Source: Thermoanaerobaculia bacterium
GTDB lineage: Bacteria; Acidobacteriota; Thermoanaerobaculia; Multivoradales; Multivoraceae
Direction: 5' to 3'
Length of the DNA: 64,000 nucleotides
Assembly: GCA_963666565.1 (NCBI GenBank)
Contig: OY762911.1
Location: 1,120,001 to 1,184,000 of the forward strand
The notes beneath the pieces were generated by a model, which worked only from the letters and a program-made list of their open reading frames with translations, made no database searches and was not told the origin of the DNA. Numbering within the stretch: the first letter of the stretch is position 1; each line of letters starts with the position of its first letter. Both the position numbers and the translations under genes were made by a program. This document shows, piece after piece, positions 52,623-61,322 of this stretch.

Positions 52623-53423
52623 ATGAGCAGCTTCCAGCAGATCGCCGACTTCCGGGCCGAGTGCGACTGCCTCGCCGAGGTCCTGGACCCCCTCGCGGAC
52701 GCCGATTTCGAGCGGGCCACTCTGTTCAAGGGATGGACGCTCCACGACGTCGTCGCCCACCTCCACATCTTCAACTACGCCGCCGACGCCTCGTACCACG
52801 ACCTGGCCGCGTTCGACGGCTTCAGGCAGTTCATGGCCGAACGCCGCGGCCGGCTCAACCTCCGCGAGCTGACCGACGAGTGGTTCGAGGGCAAGCGCAA
52901 CCGCGCCGTCTACGACGTGTGGCGCGCGTACTACCCGCGGATGTGCGACCGGCTGGACGGCGTCGATCCCAGGAAGCGGGTGGAGTGGTTCGGCCCGCCG
53001 ATGAGCGTTCGCAGCTCGGTCACCGCGCGGCAGATGGAGACCTGGGCGCACGGCCAGGAGGTCTTCGACGTGCTCGGCCTCGACCGCGACGAGACGGACC
53101 GGATCAGGAACATCGTCTTCCTCGGGCTGAACACCTTCGGCTGGACTTACGCGGTGCGTGGCCTCGAAGTCCCGGGCGTCGTTCCGGCGCTCGAGCTGAC
53201 GGCGCCGTCCGGCGAGGTCTGGACCTGGAACGAGGACGAGACGGCCAACCGTATCACCGGCGCCGCGGTCGAGTTCGCCCAGGTGGTCACCCAGGTCCGC
53301 AACGTCGCCGACACGTCGCTGGAGATCGTGGGGCCGGTCGCCACCGAGTGGATGAGCATCGCGCAGTGCTTCGCCGGCGGGCCCGAGACGCCGCCGGCGC
53401 CGGGGACGCGACACAAGGCGTAG
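52623..53423 (+). CDS. TIGR03084-like (MDMPI/DinB-fold plus wyosine_form) metal-binding protein
   Basis: 'GWTLHDVVAHL', 'WFGPPMS..S..TARQMETWAHGQ', 'QCFAG'. Confidence 0.82.
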   Translation: MSSFQQIADFRAECDCLAEVLDPLADADFERATLFKGWTLHDVVAHLHIFNYAADASYHDLAAFDGFRQFMAERRGRLNLRELTDEWFEGKRNRAVYDVWRAYYPRMCDRLDGVDPRKRVEWFGPPMSVRSSVTARQMETWAHGQEVFDVLGLDRDETDRIRNIVFLGLNTFGWTYAVRGLEVPGVVPALELTAPSGEVWTWNEDETANRITGAAVEFAQVVTQVRNVADTSLEIVGPVATEWMSIAQCFAGGPETPPAPGTRHKA

Positions 53424-53473
53424 CCAGCGGAGGCCGTCGGTCGCTGCTAGACTCCCGCGCTTGCCGCTACCGC

Positions 53474-53547
53474 TGGGAGGTCGTCTAACGGTAGGACATG
53501 CGGCTCTGGACCGTAGAATCGGGGTTCGAATCCCTGCCTCCCAGCCA
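53474..53547 (+). tRNA. tRNA-Gln(CTG)
   Basis: TGGGAGG...TGCGG-CT-CTG-GA-CCGTA...GGTTCGAATCC...CCTCCCA-G-CCA. Confidence 0.95.
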
Positions 53548-53609
53548 CTTCGTCCCGCGGGTGCCGGACGCGCGTCCCCCCGTCGATTCAGACCCCGGAG
53601 CGTCGGCGT

Positions 53610-55388
53610 TCAGGGCAGCGCGAAGACGAACAGGTTGTTGCCCGAACTGGGCCGCAGCTCCGGCGTGAGGCCGGAGAGGAGCGCCGCCGACCGGCTGCCG
53701 GTGCTGGCGGCGACGTACTGCCGTCCGTCCACCGCGTAGGTGATCGGGAAGCCGGTCACCGGCGAGCCGAGGTTGATCTCCCAGAGGCCCTCGCCGGTCT
53801 CGTCGTCGAGTGCGCGGAACCGGCCGTTGCCGTCGCCGACGAAGACCAGGCCGCCGCCGGTGACGAACAGCGACATGAGGCCGGCCCGCTGCTCGTAGGT
53901 CCAGAGCGACTTGCCCGTTTCGGCGGACACGGCGTGGATGGATCCGCTCAGGTCGGTGCCGGGCGCGATCTGGTGCTCGGCGTCCAGGGCGTAGATCGGG
54001 AGCCGGCCGGCGCGGGTCGCCGTCATCAGGGCGCAGGAGTTGCGCATCGGCACGTACATCGCGTTCGTCAGCGGGCTGTAGGCGCCCGCCTGCCAGTCCT
54101 TGCCGCCGATGTAGGTGGGGCAGACGTAAGCCTCCTGGCCGAGTTCCCGGAACACCACTTCCGAGTTCTCGGTGACCGCGCCGGTGGCGCCGTCGATCGT
54201 GCTGATCACGTTCTGCCGGATCGTGGGCCGTGCCCAGAGGAACTCGCCGGTCTCGCGGTCCAGCGTGTAGACGACGCCCGTCTTGCCGGGAACGCCGGTC
54301 ACCACCTTGCGCGTCTCGCCCGGTTCGAGGCGCGGATTGATCCAGGCGACTTCGCCGGCGTCGGGGGCCACCGCGGTATCGACCAGGAGCCGCTCGAAGG
54401 GGTGGTCGAGGTCCCAGTGGTCGTTCAGATGCTGGTAGTGCCAGGCGATCTCGCCGCTGTTCGCGTCCAGCGCGAGCGTGGAGTTGTGGTAGAGGTGCCG
54501 CAGTTCCCTGCCGCCGAGCAGGAACTTCGGCGCAGGCGAGGTCACCGAAGTGCCGATGTAGATGAGTTCCAACGCCGGGTCGTAGCTCGGCACCATCCAG
54601 GTGCCGACGTGGGTCCGGTCCTCGAACGGCGTGTCGCCCCAGGTTTCGTCGCCGGGCTCGCCGGGCGCCGGAATCGTGCGGGTTCGCCAGAGCTCGGCGC
54701 CGGTCTCCGCGTCGTGGGCGACGATGACGCAGGCGTCCGGGCCGCCGCGCGGCAGGCAGCTTCGGCCCGAGATCACCTTGCCGTCGGCGACGATGGGGCC
54801 GGAGCTCTGCATCGCCGGGTGGGTCTTGTAGTCGAGGATCATCGTCTCCCAGACCAGCTCGCCGGTCGCGGCGTCCAGGGCGAAGACGAACTCGTCGACG
54901 CTGGTGTCGATGATCAGGCCGCCGTGGATGGCGATGTTCCGGTTGTTGGCGGCGAGCCCGCCGACCTGCTGGAGGATGTTCTCCGGGTGCTCGCGCCGGT
55001 ATTCCCAGATGAGGTCTCCGGTCACGGCGTCGATGGCCTGGATGACGTCGATGGGGTTCGGCATGTACAACACGCCGTCGTAGGCGAGCGGAGTGCCCTG
55101 CTGGCGGCCCTCGCTCAGGCCGCGGGACCAGACCAGCCGCAGATTGCCGACGTTCTCGGCCGTGACCTGGTCGAGCGGGCTGTAGCCCCAGCCGTCGAGC
55201 GTGCGGCGCCACATCAGCCAGTCGCCGTCGCTCGGATCCTGGAGCATGGCGTCCGTGACGGGGACGATGTCGCGGCGGTCCGGCGTGGGCGCCTGCGTCG
55301 GCTGGGCTTCGGCGACCCGAGCGTTCGGGGCCGCGATGAGAATGGTGGCGAGTAATGCCGCCCGCCGGAAGAGATCGCGTTGAGTCAC
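53610..55388 (-). CDS. PQQ-dependent dehydrogenase (alcohol/PVA-like beta-propeller), secreted
   Basis: 'W.YSPLDQVT.ENV..L...W', PQQ repeats, 'DHWDLD', 'PITYAVDGRQYVA'. Confidence 0.9.
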   Translation of the reverse strand: MTQRDLFRRAALLATILIAAPNARVAEAQPTQAPTPDRRDIVPVTDAMLQDPSDGDWLMWRRTLDGWGYSPLDQVTAENVGNLRLVWSRGLSEGRQQGTPLAYDGVLYMPNPIDVIQAIDAVTGDLIWEYRREHPENILQQVGGLAANNRNIAIHGGLIIDTSVDEFVFALDAATGELVWETMILDYKTHPAMQSSGPIVADGKVISGRSCLPRGGPDACVIVAHDAETGAELWRTRTIPAPGEPGDETWGDTPFEDRTHVGTWMVPSYDPALELIYIGTSVTSPAPKFLLGGRELRHLYHNSTLALDANSGEIAWHYQHLNDHWDLDHPFERLLVDTAVAPDAGEVAWINPRLEPGETRKVVTGVPGKTGVVYTLDRETGEFLWARPTIRQNVISTIDGATGAVTENSEVVFRELGQEAYVCPTYIGGKDWQAGAYSPLTNAMYVPMRNSCALMTATRAGRLPIYALDAEHQIAPGTDLSGSIHAVSAETGKSLWTYEQRAGLMSLFVTGGGLVFVGDGNGRFRALDDETGEGLWEINLGSPVTGFPITYAVDGRQYVAASTGSRSAALLSGLTPELRPSSGNNLFVFALP

Positions 55389-55420
55389 GGAAGGCGCGAC
55401 TCTAGCGCGACGGTGCCGGA

Positions 55421-55565
55421 CTGGGTGCGCGGGTCTTCCGACCCGCCTTCGGGCGAAGCCGCGGAGCGGCGCAGCCCGAGAACCGAATCAGCCGCCGGCC
55501 CGAGGCCGGCGACGTTCTGTTTGGCCGCCTGCGGCGGCAGCGGCTCAGAAGACCCGCGCACCCAG
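55421..55565. mobile_element. ~145-bp composite REP doublet
   Basis: Inverted ends CTGGGTGCGCGGGTC...GACCCGCGCACCCAG. Confidence 0.8.
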
Positions 55566-55587
55566 CGGAAGGGCCGCCTTCGCCGCG

Positions 55588-56724
55588 CTAGGGAGGCGCC
55601 GAGAGCCGCACCTCCGCCTCGGTCTCCTCTTCGCCGCGCAGCAGGGTGACGGTCACGGTGTCCCCCGGCTGCTGCCGCTCGAGCACCGCGCGGATGTCGG
55701 GCACCGACCGGACCGGCTGACCCTCGATCGCGACGATCACGTCGCCGAGGACGAAGTTGCCGCGCCGCGCTTCGCGAATGCCCCGGAGCCCGGCGCGGTC
55801 CGCGCCCGAGTTCCGAACGACGTCCCAGACGACCACGCCGTCGACCGGCGGCCGTACCCGCGTGCCTTCGACGAGGCTGACCCCGAGTTGCGGGCGGTTC
55901 ACCTGCCCGTGGGCGATCAGCTCCGGAACGACCCAGTTCACGGTGTCCACCGGGATGGCGAAGCCGATGCCGGCCCAGGCGCCGCCGGACGCGACGATCT
56001 GCGTGTTGACGCCGATCAACCGGCCGCTCGAGTCGAGGAGCGGCCCCCCGGAGTTGCCGGGGTTGATCGCGGCGTCCGTCTGAATGACGCCCTCCAGTTC
56101 CCGGCCCGTGATCGACTGCACTTCCCGGTCGAGGGCGCTGATCACGCCGGTCGTCAGGGTGTAGTCGAGGCCGAAGGGGTTGCCGATCGCCAGCACCGAC
56201 TGGCCGACCTGCAGGTCGTTCGACGACCCGACGGGGATCGGCCGCAACTTCTCCGGAGGCGCTTCGATCCGGAGAACGGCGAGGTCCATGTCCGGGTCGG
56301 TGCCCACCAGGGAAGCCGGCCAGGTCGTCTGGTCGTGGAGGGTGACCTCGGCGGCCTGGGCGTTCTGGATGACGTGGAAGTTCGTGACGATGTGGCCCCT
56401 GTCGTCCCACAGGAAGCCGCTGCCGGTGCCGTCCTGAACGCGGTCGATGCGCCGTCCCAGGAAGCTGACGCGCCGTTCGCGCAGGGTCGTGATGTAGACG
56501 ACCGACGGCTGGGTCTCGCGGAAGAGATTGACCGTGGCGCGCTCCTCGGGGAGGAGCCCCGAACTCGGGGTAACCGGCCGCGGCTCGCCCTGACTCTCCG
56601 CCTGGAGCACGTTGCCCTGCCAGCGCGAGCCCACCAGGAAGGCGAGCCCGGCGAGCACGAGGAGGCCCGCCGCCGTGGCGATCCGCGGCCGTTCGGTGGG
56701 GCCGCGTTGGACTCCGTCGGGCAT
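55588..56724 (-). CDS. HtrA/DegP-family serine protease with one PDZ domain
   Basis: 'GSGF', 'TNFHV', 'IQTDAAINPGNSGGPL'. Confidence 0.93.
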   Translation of the reverse strand: MPDGVQRGPTERPRIATAAGLLVLAGLAFLVGSRWQGNVLQAESQGEPRPVTPSSGLLPEERATVNLFRETQPSVVYITTLRERRVSFLGRRIDRVQDGTGSGFLWDDRGHIVTNFHVIQNAQAAEVTLHDQTTWPASLVGTDPDMDLAVLRIEAPPEKLRPIPVGSSNDLQVGQSVLAIGNPFGLDYTLTTGVISALDREVQSITGRELEGVIQTDAAINPGNSGGPLLDSSGRLIGVNTQIVASGGAWAGIGFAIPVDTVNWVVPELIAHGQVNRPQLGVSLVEGTRVRPPVDGVVVWDVVRNSGADRAGLRGIREARRGNFVLGDVIVAIEGQPVRSVPDIRAVLERQQPGDTVTVTLLRGEEETEAEVRLSAPP

Positions 56725-56773
56725 CGGCCAAAACTAACAGGCGGTTGAGCGGGTTTGTTCCAGCGTGGGTCGG

Positions 56774-56914
56774 CTGGGTGCGCGGGTCTTCCGACCCGCC
56801 CAGGCCAGCGCCGCGGAGCGGCGGAGGCCGCAGAACAAGGCCGCCGGCCAAAGGCCGGCGACGATGCTGGACGCCGCCTGCGGCGGCAGCGGGTCGGAAG
56901 ACCCGCGCACCCAG
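56774..56914. mobile_element. ~141-bp composite REP doublet
   Basis: Perfect 26-bp-class inverted ends and internal hairpin modules. Confidence 0.8.
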
Positions 56915-57050
56915 TCTGGAACGCCGACCGTGGAGCGCTGGCGCCCAGCAAGTCACCGACGGTACACACCGGGTGTGCCGGCGTCCCCGCCGGCTTCCGA
57001 AGAGAACGCGCCGCGAAGCGGCGACCATCCCGGCGGCGTAGACTCCGCGC

Positions 57051-58154
57051 ATGATCCTCACAGGCAAGACAGTCTCCAGGACCGACTTCGAGGCCGGCAC
57101 CGGCTGGCAACTCAAACCGGAGGGCGCCTGCAAGGGCACGGCGTGCATCCCGCTGTTCGGCCGCGCGCCGGCGTCGTCGGGCGAGGTCGACGCGCTGTCC
57201 CTCGCCGAGGCAATCGGCCTGCCGGTCGCGCACGACCCTAAGCACGGCGTCTGGGCCTTGGGCCCGGAGTCGATCGGTTCGCGGGCGCTCGTGTCCGCCG
57301 AGGACGCCGACTTCGAACTGCCGGATCTGGACGGAAAGCCGTTTCGACTGTCCAGTCTGCGCGGGCGGAAGGTCGTCGTCTACGCCTGGGCGCCCTACTG
57401 AGGCTGCTCGGCCCACCTGCCCGGGTGGCAGGCGTTGCGCGACGAGCTTCATCCGCGGGGGTTCGAACTGGTCACGGTCGGTCTCGACACGCTGGGGGCC
57501 GAAGGCTGCCGCCGCTTCATCGAGGCCGCGAAGCCGAAGCACCCTTCGCTGGTCGACGAGCGCCACCTGCTGGCGCGGCTCTTCGGCGTCGTCAACATCC
57601 CCAGTTCGGTGTGGATCGACGAAGCGGGCACGATCGTCCGGCCCGCCGAGGCCGCGCCGGCGCCGCCCGCCGGCGGCGGTCCGAGCTTGAGAACCGGTTC
57701 GGGGATTCCGGGCCGTTTCGGAGAGATGCTGGAGGAGGCGGCGAAGATCCCGGCCGACACGGACGACTACCACCGGGCGCTGCGCAACTGGGTCCAGAAG
57801 GGTGCCGCGAGCCGGTTCGCGCTCTCGCCGGAGGAAGTCGTCGAGCGGTCGCGCCCGCGCAACGCCGACGTGTCGCTCGGCCACGCCCACTTCGAGCTCG
57901 CCTCGCACCTGGAGAGGGAAGGCCATCACGAAGCCGCGGTCCGCCATTTCCGCGAGGCGCACCGGCTGGTGCCCGAGAGCTGGAGCTTCCGCCGCCAAGC
58001 CTGGTCGCTCGAAGGCGGCGCCGAGGGACCGCTCGCACGCTTCTGGCAGGGGCCGAGCGAGGACGATCCCGAGGCGTGGCCCTACGAAGGCGACTGGCTG
58101 AGCGACATCCGCGCCGAGGGCCCGGAGAACTACGCGGAGCGCTTCGAACCGTAG
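57051..58154 (+). CDS. Prx-like/TlpA redoxin, putative UGC-type selenoprotein (TGA 57399-57401)
   Basis: ORFs 57051..57401 and 57435..58154 are in frame; 'DFELPDLDG...LSSLRGRKVVVYAWAPY-U-GCSAHLPGWQ'; SECIS-like hairpin follows. Confidence 0.82.
57402..57432 (+). promoter_or_regulatory. Putative bacterial SECIS element
   Basis: 14 nt after TGA: stem CCTGCC, loop CGGGT, stem GGCAGG. Confidence 0.62.
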
Positions 58155-58160
58155 TTTCTG

Positions 58161-58230
58161 CTGGATGCGCGGGTCCTCTGACCCGCTGCCGCCGCAGGCG
58201 GCCAGGAACGCCGCCGGCCGAAGGCCGGCT
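58161..58230 (+). repeat. REP-like element, right-arm form
   Basis: CTGGATGCGCGGGTCCTCTGACCCGCTGCCGCCGCAGGCGGCCAGGAACGC. Confidence 0.8.
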
Positions 58231-58243
58231 CCGGTCTCTGGCA

Positions 58244-58873
58244 CTACCAGAAAGCTGGACGATAGTCCCGCGGATCGAGGCAGTTATCGTAGAGGTCGCG
58301 GTCCAGAACGATCCAGTCCGTCCGGTCGATGCTCTTGCGCGATGTGGCTGTTGAACTGACCGGGTAAGCGCAGGCGATCTTCAGCCAGCGGCCAGCGGTG
58401 CGCGCAATGTCCCGAATCTCGGATGCCACCTCGGCGAGATCCTGGTCCTGGCTGAAGACGATGGCGACATCCAACTCGCCGTTCCGCGCCATTCGGACAA
58501 CGTCGAGTCCGAGGCGGAGGTCGATGCCTTTCTCTCGAGGAACAAGAACCTCCTTGGAGGAGCCGCCGGGCAGACGGATAGCCTCGCGACGGTAGCGCAG
58601 GGGCCGTGAGGTTACGTGGATGCCTGCACGCCTCATGGCCACTAGACGGCGGGACCAGTAGCCATGCCATCGCGGATCATGCCGGCGGCTGGGAACTCCC
58701 GTGTAGAAGCGGACCTGCTGGCTGAACCACCCCCGTCGCGCGGACACTGCCTCGGCAAGCAGCGACGGATCGTAGTTGGGGTGGTAGTGGCCGAACGCAT
58801 CCTTGGCATGGCGGAACAGGTTCTGGCCATCGACGAACGAGACGGCGCGCTTGGTCGGGGGTTCGGGCGGCAT
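58244..58873 (-). CDS. NYN-domain (LabA/DUF88, PIN-like) predicted RNase
   Basis: 'FVDGQNL', 'VRFYT', 'EKGIDL', 'FSQDQDL'; acidic active-site residues intact. Confidence 0.9.
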   Translation of the reverse strand: MPPEPPTKRAVSFVDGQNLFRHAKDAFGHYHPNYDPSLLAEAVSARRGWFSQQVRFYTGVPSRRHDPRWHGYWSRRLVAMRRAGIHVTSRPLRYRREAIRLPGGSSKEVLVPREKGIDLRLGLDVVRMARNGELDVAIVFSQDQDLAEVASEIRDIARTAGRWLKIACAYPVSSTATSRKSIDRTDWIVLDRDLYDNCLDPRDYRPAFW

Positions 58874-58882
58874 TCGATTGTC

Positions 58883-58931
58883 AAAAAAATAACCCTACCG
58901 GGGCCTCGGAAATGAGGCTAGTCCGGTAGGG
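58883..58931 (-). terminator. Intrinsic terminator in the 5' leader of the NYN gene
   Basis: Minus strand CCCUACCGG-ACUA-GCCUC-AUUUCC-GAGGC-C-CCGGUAGGG-UUAUUUUUUU. Confidence 0.75.
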
Positions 58932-58938
58932 AGCAAGT
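58883..58938 (-). ncRNA. Candidate ~55-nt leader/antitoxin RNA upstream of the NYN nuclease
   Basis: Inferred from the promoter (TSS near 58938) and the terminator; no family recognised. Confidence 0.45.
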
Positions 58939-58944
58939 GACGGA

Positions 58945-58973
58945 AGGCTAGAGGCCGGCTGGCTACATGTCAA
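58945..58973 (-). promoter_or_regulatory. sigma70-type promoter of the leader RNA/NYN unit
   Basis: Minus strand TTGACA (58973-58968), 17 nt, TAGCCT (58950-58945). Confidence 0.72.
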
Positions 58974-58978
58974 GGTGT

Positions 58979-59058
58979 CCCGGGTGCAGCGGGTCTTTGG
59001 GCGCTCGCCGCTGCCGCCTCGGGCGGCCAGGAACGCGCCGCTTGGCGAAGCCCGGCGT
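58979..59058 (+). repeat. Degenerate REP-like element
   Basis: CCGGGTGCAGCGGGTCTT...CCGCTGCCGCCTCGGGCGGCCAGGAACGC, sharing its tail with 58161. Confidence 0.55.
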
Positions 59059-59083
59059 CCTTCCCCGGCTACGATTCGCGCCG

Positions 59084-60745
59084 ATGCGCCTCAGCGACGC
59101 CGACGCTCGCCTCGCGGCAGCCCTGGAGGAACGCCGCCGGCAGTGGCGTGAAATCGACGGCACGGCTCGAGTCTGGTCCCGCGACGGCTCGCTCTGGACC
59201 GATTCCGGGGAGGAGGAGTGGCTCGGCTGGCTCGATGTCGAACGCCTGGGCTGGCTGACCCTCCTTGACGCCGACGGCAGGCGCGTCGATACGGAGGCCG
59301 CCAAGCTCGCCCGGCATCTCTCGGGTCCGCCGTTCGAGCGCTGCCTGCTGCTCGGCATGGGCGGTTCGGCCCTCGGCGCCGACCTCCTCTGGCGCTCGCT
59401 GCCGCGGCGGGCCAGCGCCGACTTCATCGTCCTCGACACGACGGACCCGCGCGAGATCGCCGCCGCGGTCGACGGAGTGGACCCGGCGGCGCTGCGGGTC
59501 GTCGCGGCGTCGAAGTCGGGCGGGACGCTGGAGACGCGGCTGGCGTTCGAGTTGCTGCTCGACCGGCTGGACGATGCGGCGCCCGCGGCCGCGCTGGCGA
59601 TCACCGACCCCGGGTCGGCCCTGGAGGCGCGAGCGAGGTCCGCCGGCGTGCCGGTCGCGTTCGGCCGTCCGGACATCGGCGGCCGGTTCTCCGTGCTCTC
59701 CGCCTTCGGCCTGGTGCCGGCGGCGGTCGCCGGAACAGATCCCGAACCCCTGCTGGCGAGCGCGGCGTCGATGGCCGCGGCGTGCCGCCTCGACGCCGGT
59801 GCAGGCGCTGATACCGACGTCGACGCCGGCGCCAGCGAGGCGCCCGCCAATCCCGGCGTCGAACTGGGCCTGCTGCTCGCCGCGGCGCACGACTGCGGCC
59901 GCGACAAGCTGTACCTCCACGCGCCGGACGGTTGCGCGACGATGGTCGCCTGGGTGGAGCAGCTACTCGCCGAGTCCCTTGGCAAGGGCGACGTGCTGCT
60001 GCTGCCGGTCGCGGCGGCCGGTTTGTCTGAGGCGCCGGGGCCCGATCGACTCGACATCGTGCTGGGAAGCGGCGCTAGTACCGGTGTGCCCGCGGGCGCG
60101 CCACTGGCGCACATCGAAGCAGACCTCCCGGCCGATCTCGGCGGCGAGTTCTTTCGCTGGCAGTTCGCCACGTCGGTGGCCGGCGCGTTGCTCGGTGTCA
60201 ACCCGTTCGACCAGCCGGACGTGGAGTCATCCAAGGTCGTCACGCGGCGGTACGTCGAGCGGATGAAGGCCGGCGATGCACCGCCGCCGGGCGGCGTGGT
60301 GCGGCTGAGCGAAGTCAGCGCGCTCGGCCTCGCCGAACTCCTGGGCACGCACCTGGCGACGCTCCCGGAGCGCGGCTACGCCGTCGTGTCGGCCTACCTG
60401 GACCGCAGCCGGCGCAACCGCGAGTTGCTGGAGACCCTGCGTCGGCGCATCGCCGGCGCGACGGGCGGCGCGTCCGTGCTCGGCTTCGGGCCCAGCTTCC
60501 TGCACTCGACCGGCCAAGCCCACAAGGGCGGACCGAACCGGGGGCTCTTCCTCCAGATCACGGCCGATCCGCCGGCCGCCGACGTCGCGGTTCCCGGCGA
60601 AGACCTGACTCTCGGAAAGGTCCAGCTCGCCCAGGCCTGGGGCGACTACGAGGTGCTGGCGGAACGTGGCCGGCGGATCCTCGCCATCCATATCGACGGC
60701 GACGTGGAGGCGGGGCTCCGGCGGTTGACCGAGGCCATCGCCTAG
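59084..60745 (+). CDS. pgi: Glucose-6-phosphate isomerase (PGI moiety of the Tal-Pgi type)
   Basis: 'WLGWL', 'GMGGSALG', 'SKSGGTLET', 'DIGGRFSVLS', 'NPFDQPDVESSK', 'HSTGQAHKGG'. Confidence 0.85.
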   Translation: MRLSDADARLAAALEERRRQWREIDGTARVWSRDGSLWTDSGEEEWLGWLDVERLGWLTLLDADGRRVDTEAAKLARHLSGPPFERCLLLGMGGSALGADLLWRSLPRRASADFIVLDTTDPREIAAAVDGVDPAALRVVAASKSGGTLETRLAFELLLDRLDDAAPAAALAITDPGSALEARARSAGVPVAFGRPDIGGRFSVLSAFGLVPAAVAGTDPEPLLASAASMAAACRLDAGAGADTDVDAGASEAPANPGVELGLLLAAAHDCGRDKLYLHAPDGCATMVAWVEQLLAESLGKGDVLLLPVAAAGLSEAPGPDRLDIVLGSGASTGVPAGAPLAHIEADLPADLGGEFFRWQFATSVAGALLGVNPFDQPDVESSKVVTRRYVERMKAGDAPPPGGVVRLSEVSALGLAELLGTHLATLPERGYAVVSAYLDRSRRNRELLETLRRRIAGATGGASVLGFGPSFLHSTGQAHKGGPNRGLFLQITADPPAADVAVPGEDLTLGKVQLAQAWGDYEVLAERGRRILAIHIDGDVEAGLRRLTEAIA

Positions 60746-60756
60746 CGAGGCAGAAA

Positions 60757-60782
60757 CCGGGTGCGCGGGTCTTCCGACCCGC
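60757..60782 (+). repeat. REP-like core copy
   Basis: CCGGGTGCGCGGGTCTTCCGACCCGC. Confidence 0.85.
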
Positions 60783-60863
60783 ATCCGGCGCGAAGCGCCG
60801 GTTTCTGGACCTTCTGCCGCGCCGGGCCGAGGGGCGCTCTCCCGGCGCGAGTCGCCCCTGGCG

Positions 60864-61148
60864 CTACCGGCGGCCGCGCCGCCGGCCCCGCCCTCCAGCC
60901 GGCTTGCCCGTCAACTCGTCGAGGCCGACGTTGAACTCGGCCACGATGCGGATCAGCACGTCGAGGCTTACCCGCAGTTCGTCGCGCTCGATGCGCGAGA
61001 GATCCGACGCCGGGATGCCGACCCGCTCCGCCAGCGCCGGCTGCGTCAGCTTGTTCTTCCGTCGCAGGCGCCGGATCCGGTGGCCCATGAGCTGGACCTG
61101 CCGGACGGGGGCTTGCTGCGCTGGAGCTTCCTGGTTCATCGCCGTCAT
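60864..61148 (-). CDS. XRE-family HTH regulator
   Basis: 'GHRIRRLRRKNKLTQPALAERVGIPASDLSRIER'. Confidence 0.85.
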   Translation of the reverse strand: MTAMNQEAPAQQAPVRQVQLMGHRIRRLRRKNKLTQPALAERVGIPASDLSRIERDELRVSLDVLIRIVAEFNVGLDELTGKPAGGRGRRRGRR

Positions 61149-61192
61149 CGCCCGAGAGACGGGCAATCCTAGCGGCGCAGGCCACATCGGTG

Positions 61193-61315
61193 CCGGCCTT
61201 CGGCCGGCGCGTCCTTTCGGCCGCCTTCGGCGGTAGCGGATCAGAGGACCCGCGCACCCGGCGCGTCCTTTCGGCCGGCTTCGGCGGCAGCGGGTCGGAG
61301 GACCCGCGCACCCAG
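61193..61315 (-). repeat. Tandem pair of REP-like right arms (54-bp period)
   Basis: GCGCGTCCTTTCGGCCG...GACCCGCGCACCC twice. Confidence 0.85.
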
Positions 61316-61322
61316 CGGCCGA

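Noticed and set aside
39830-53473. Integrase-driven island or prophage between tRNA-Ser and tRNA-Gln
   Set aside because: No integrase, phage genes or duplicated tRNA 3' end were seen
55417-55569. CGGA target-site duplication around a composite element
   Set aside because: Not reproduced at the other three composites; likely chance in GC-rich DNA
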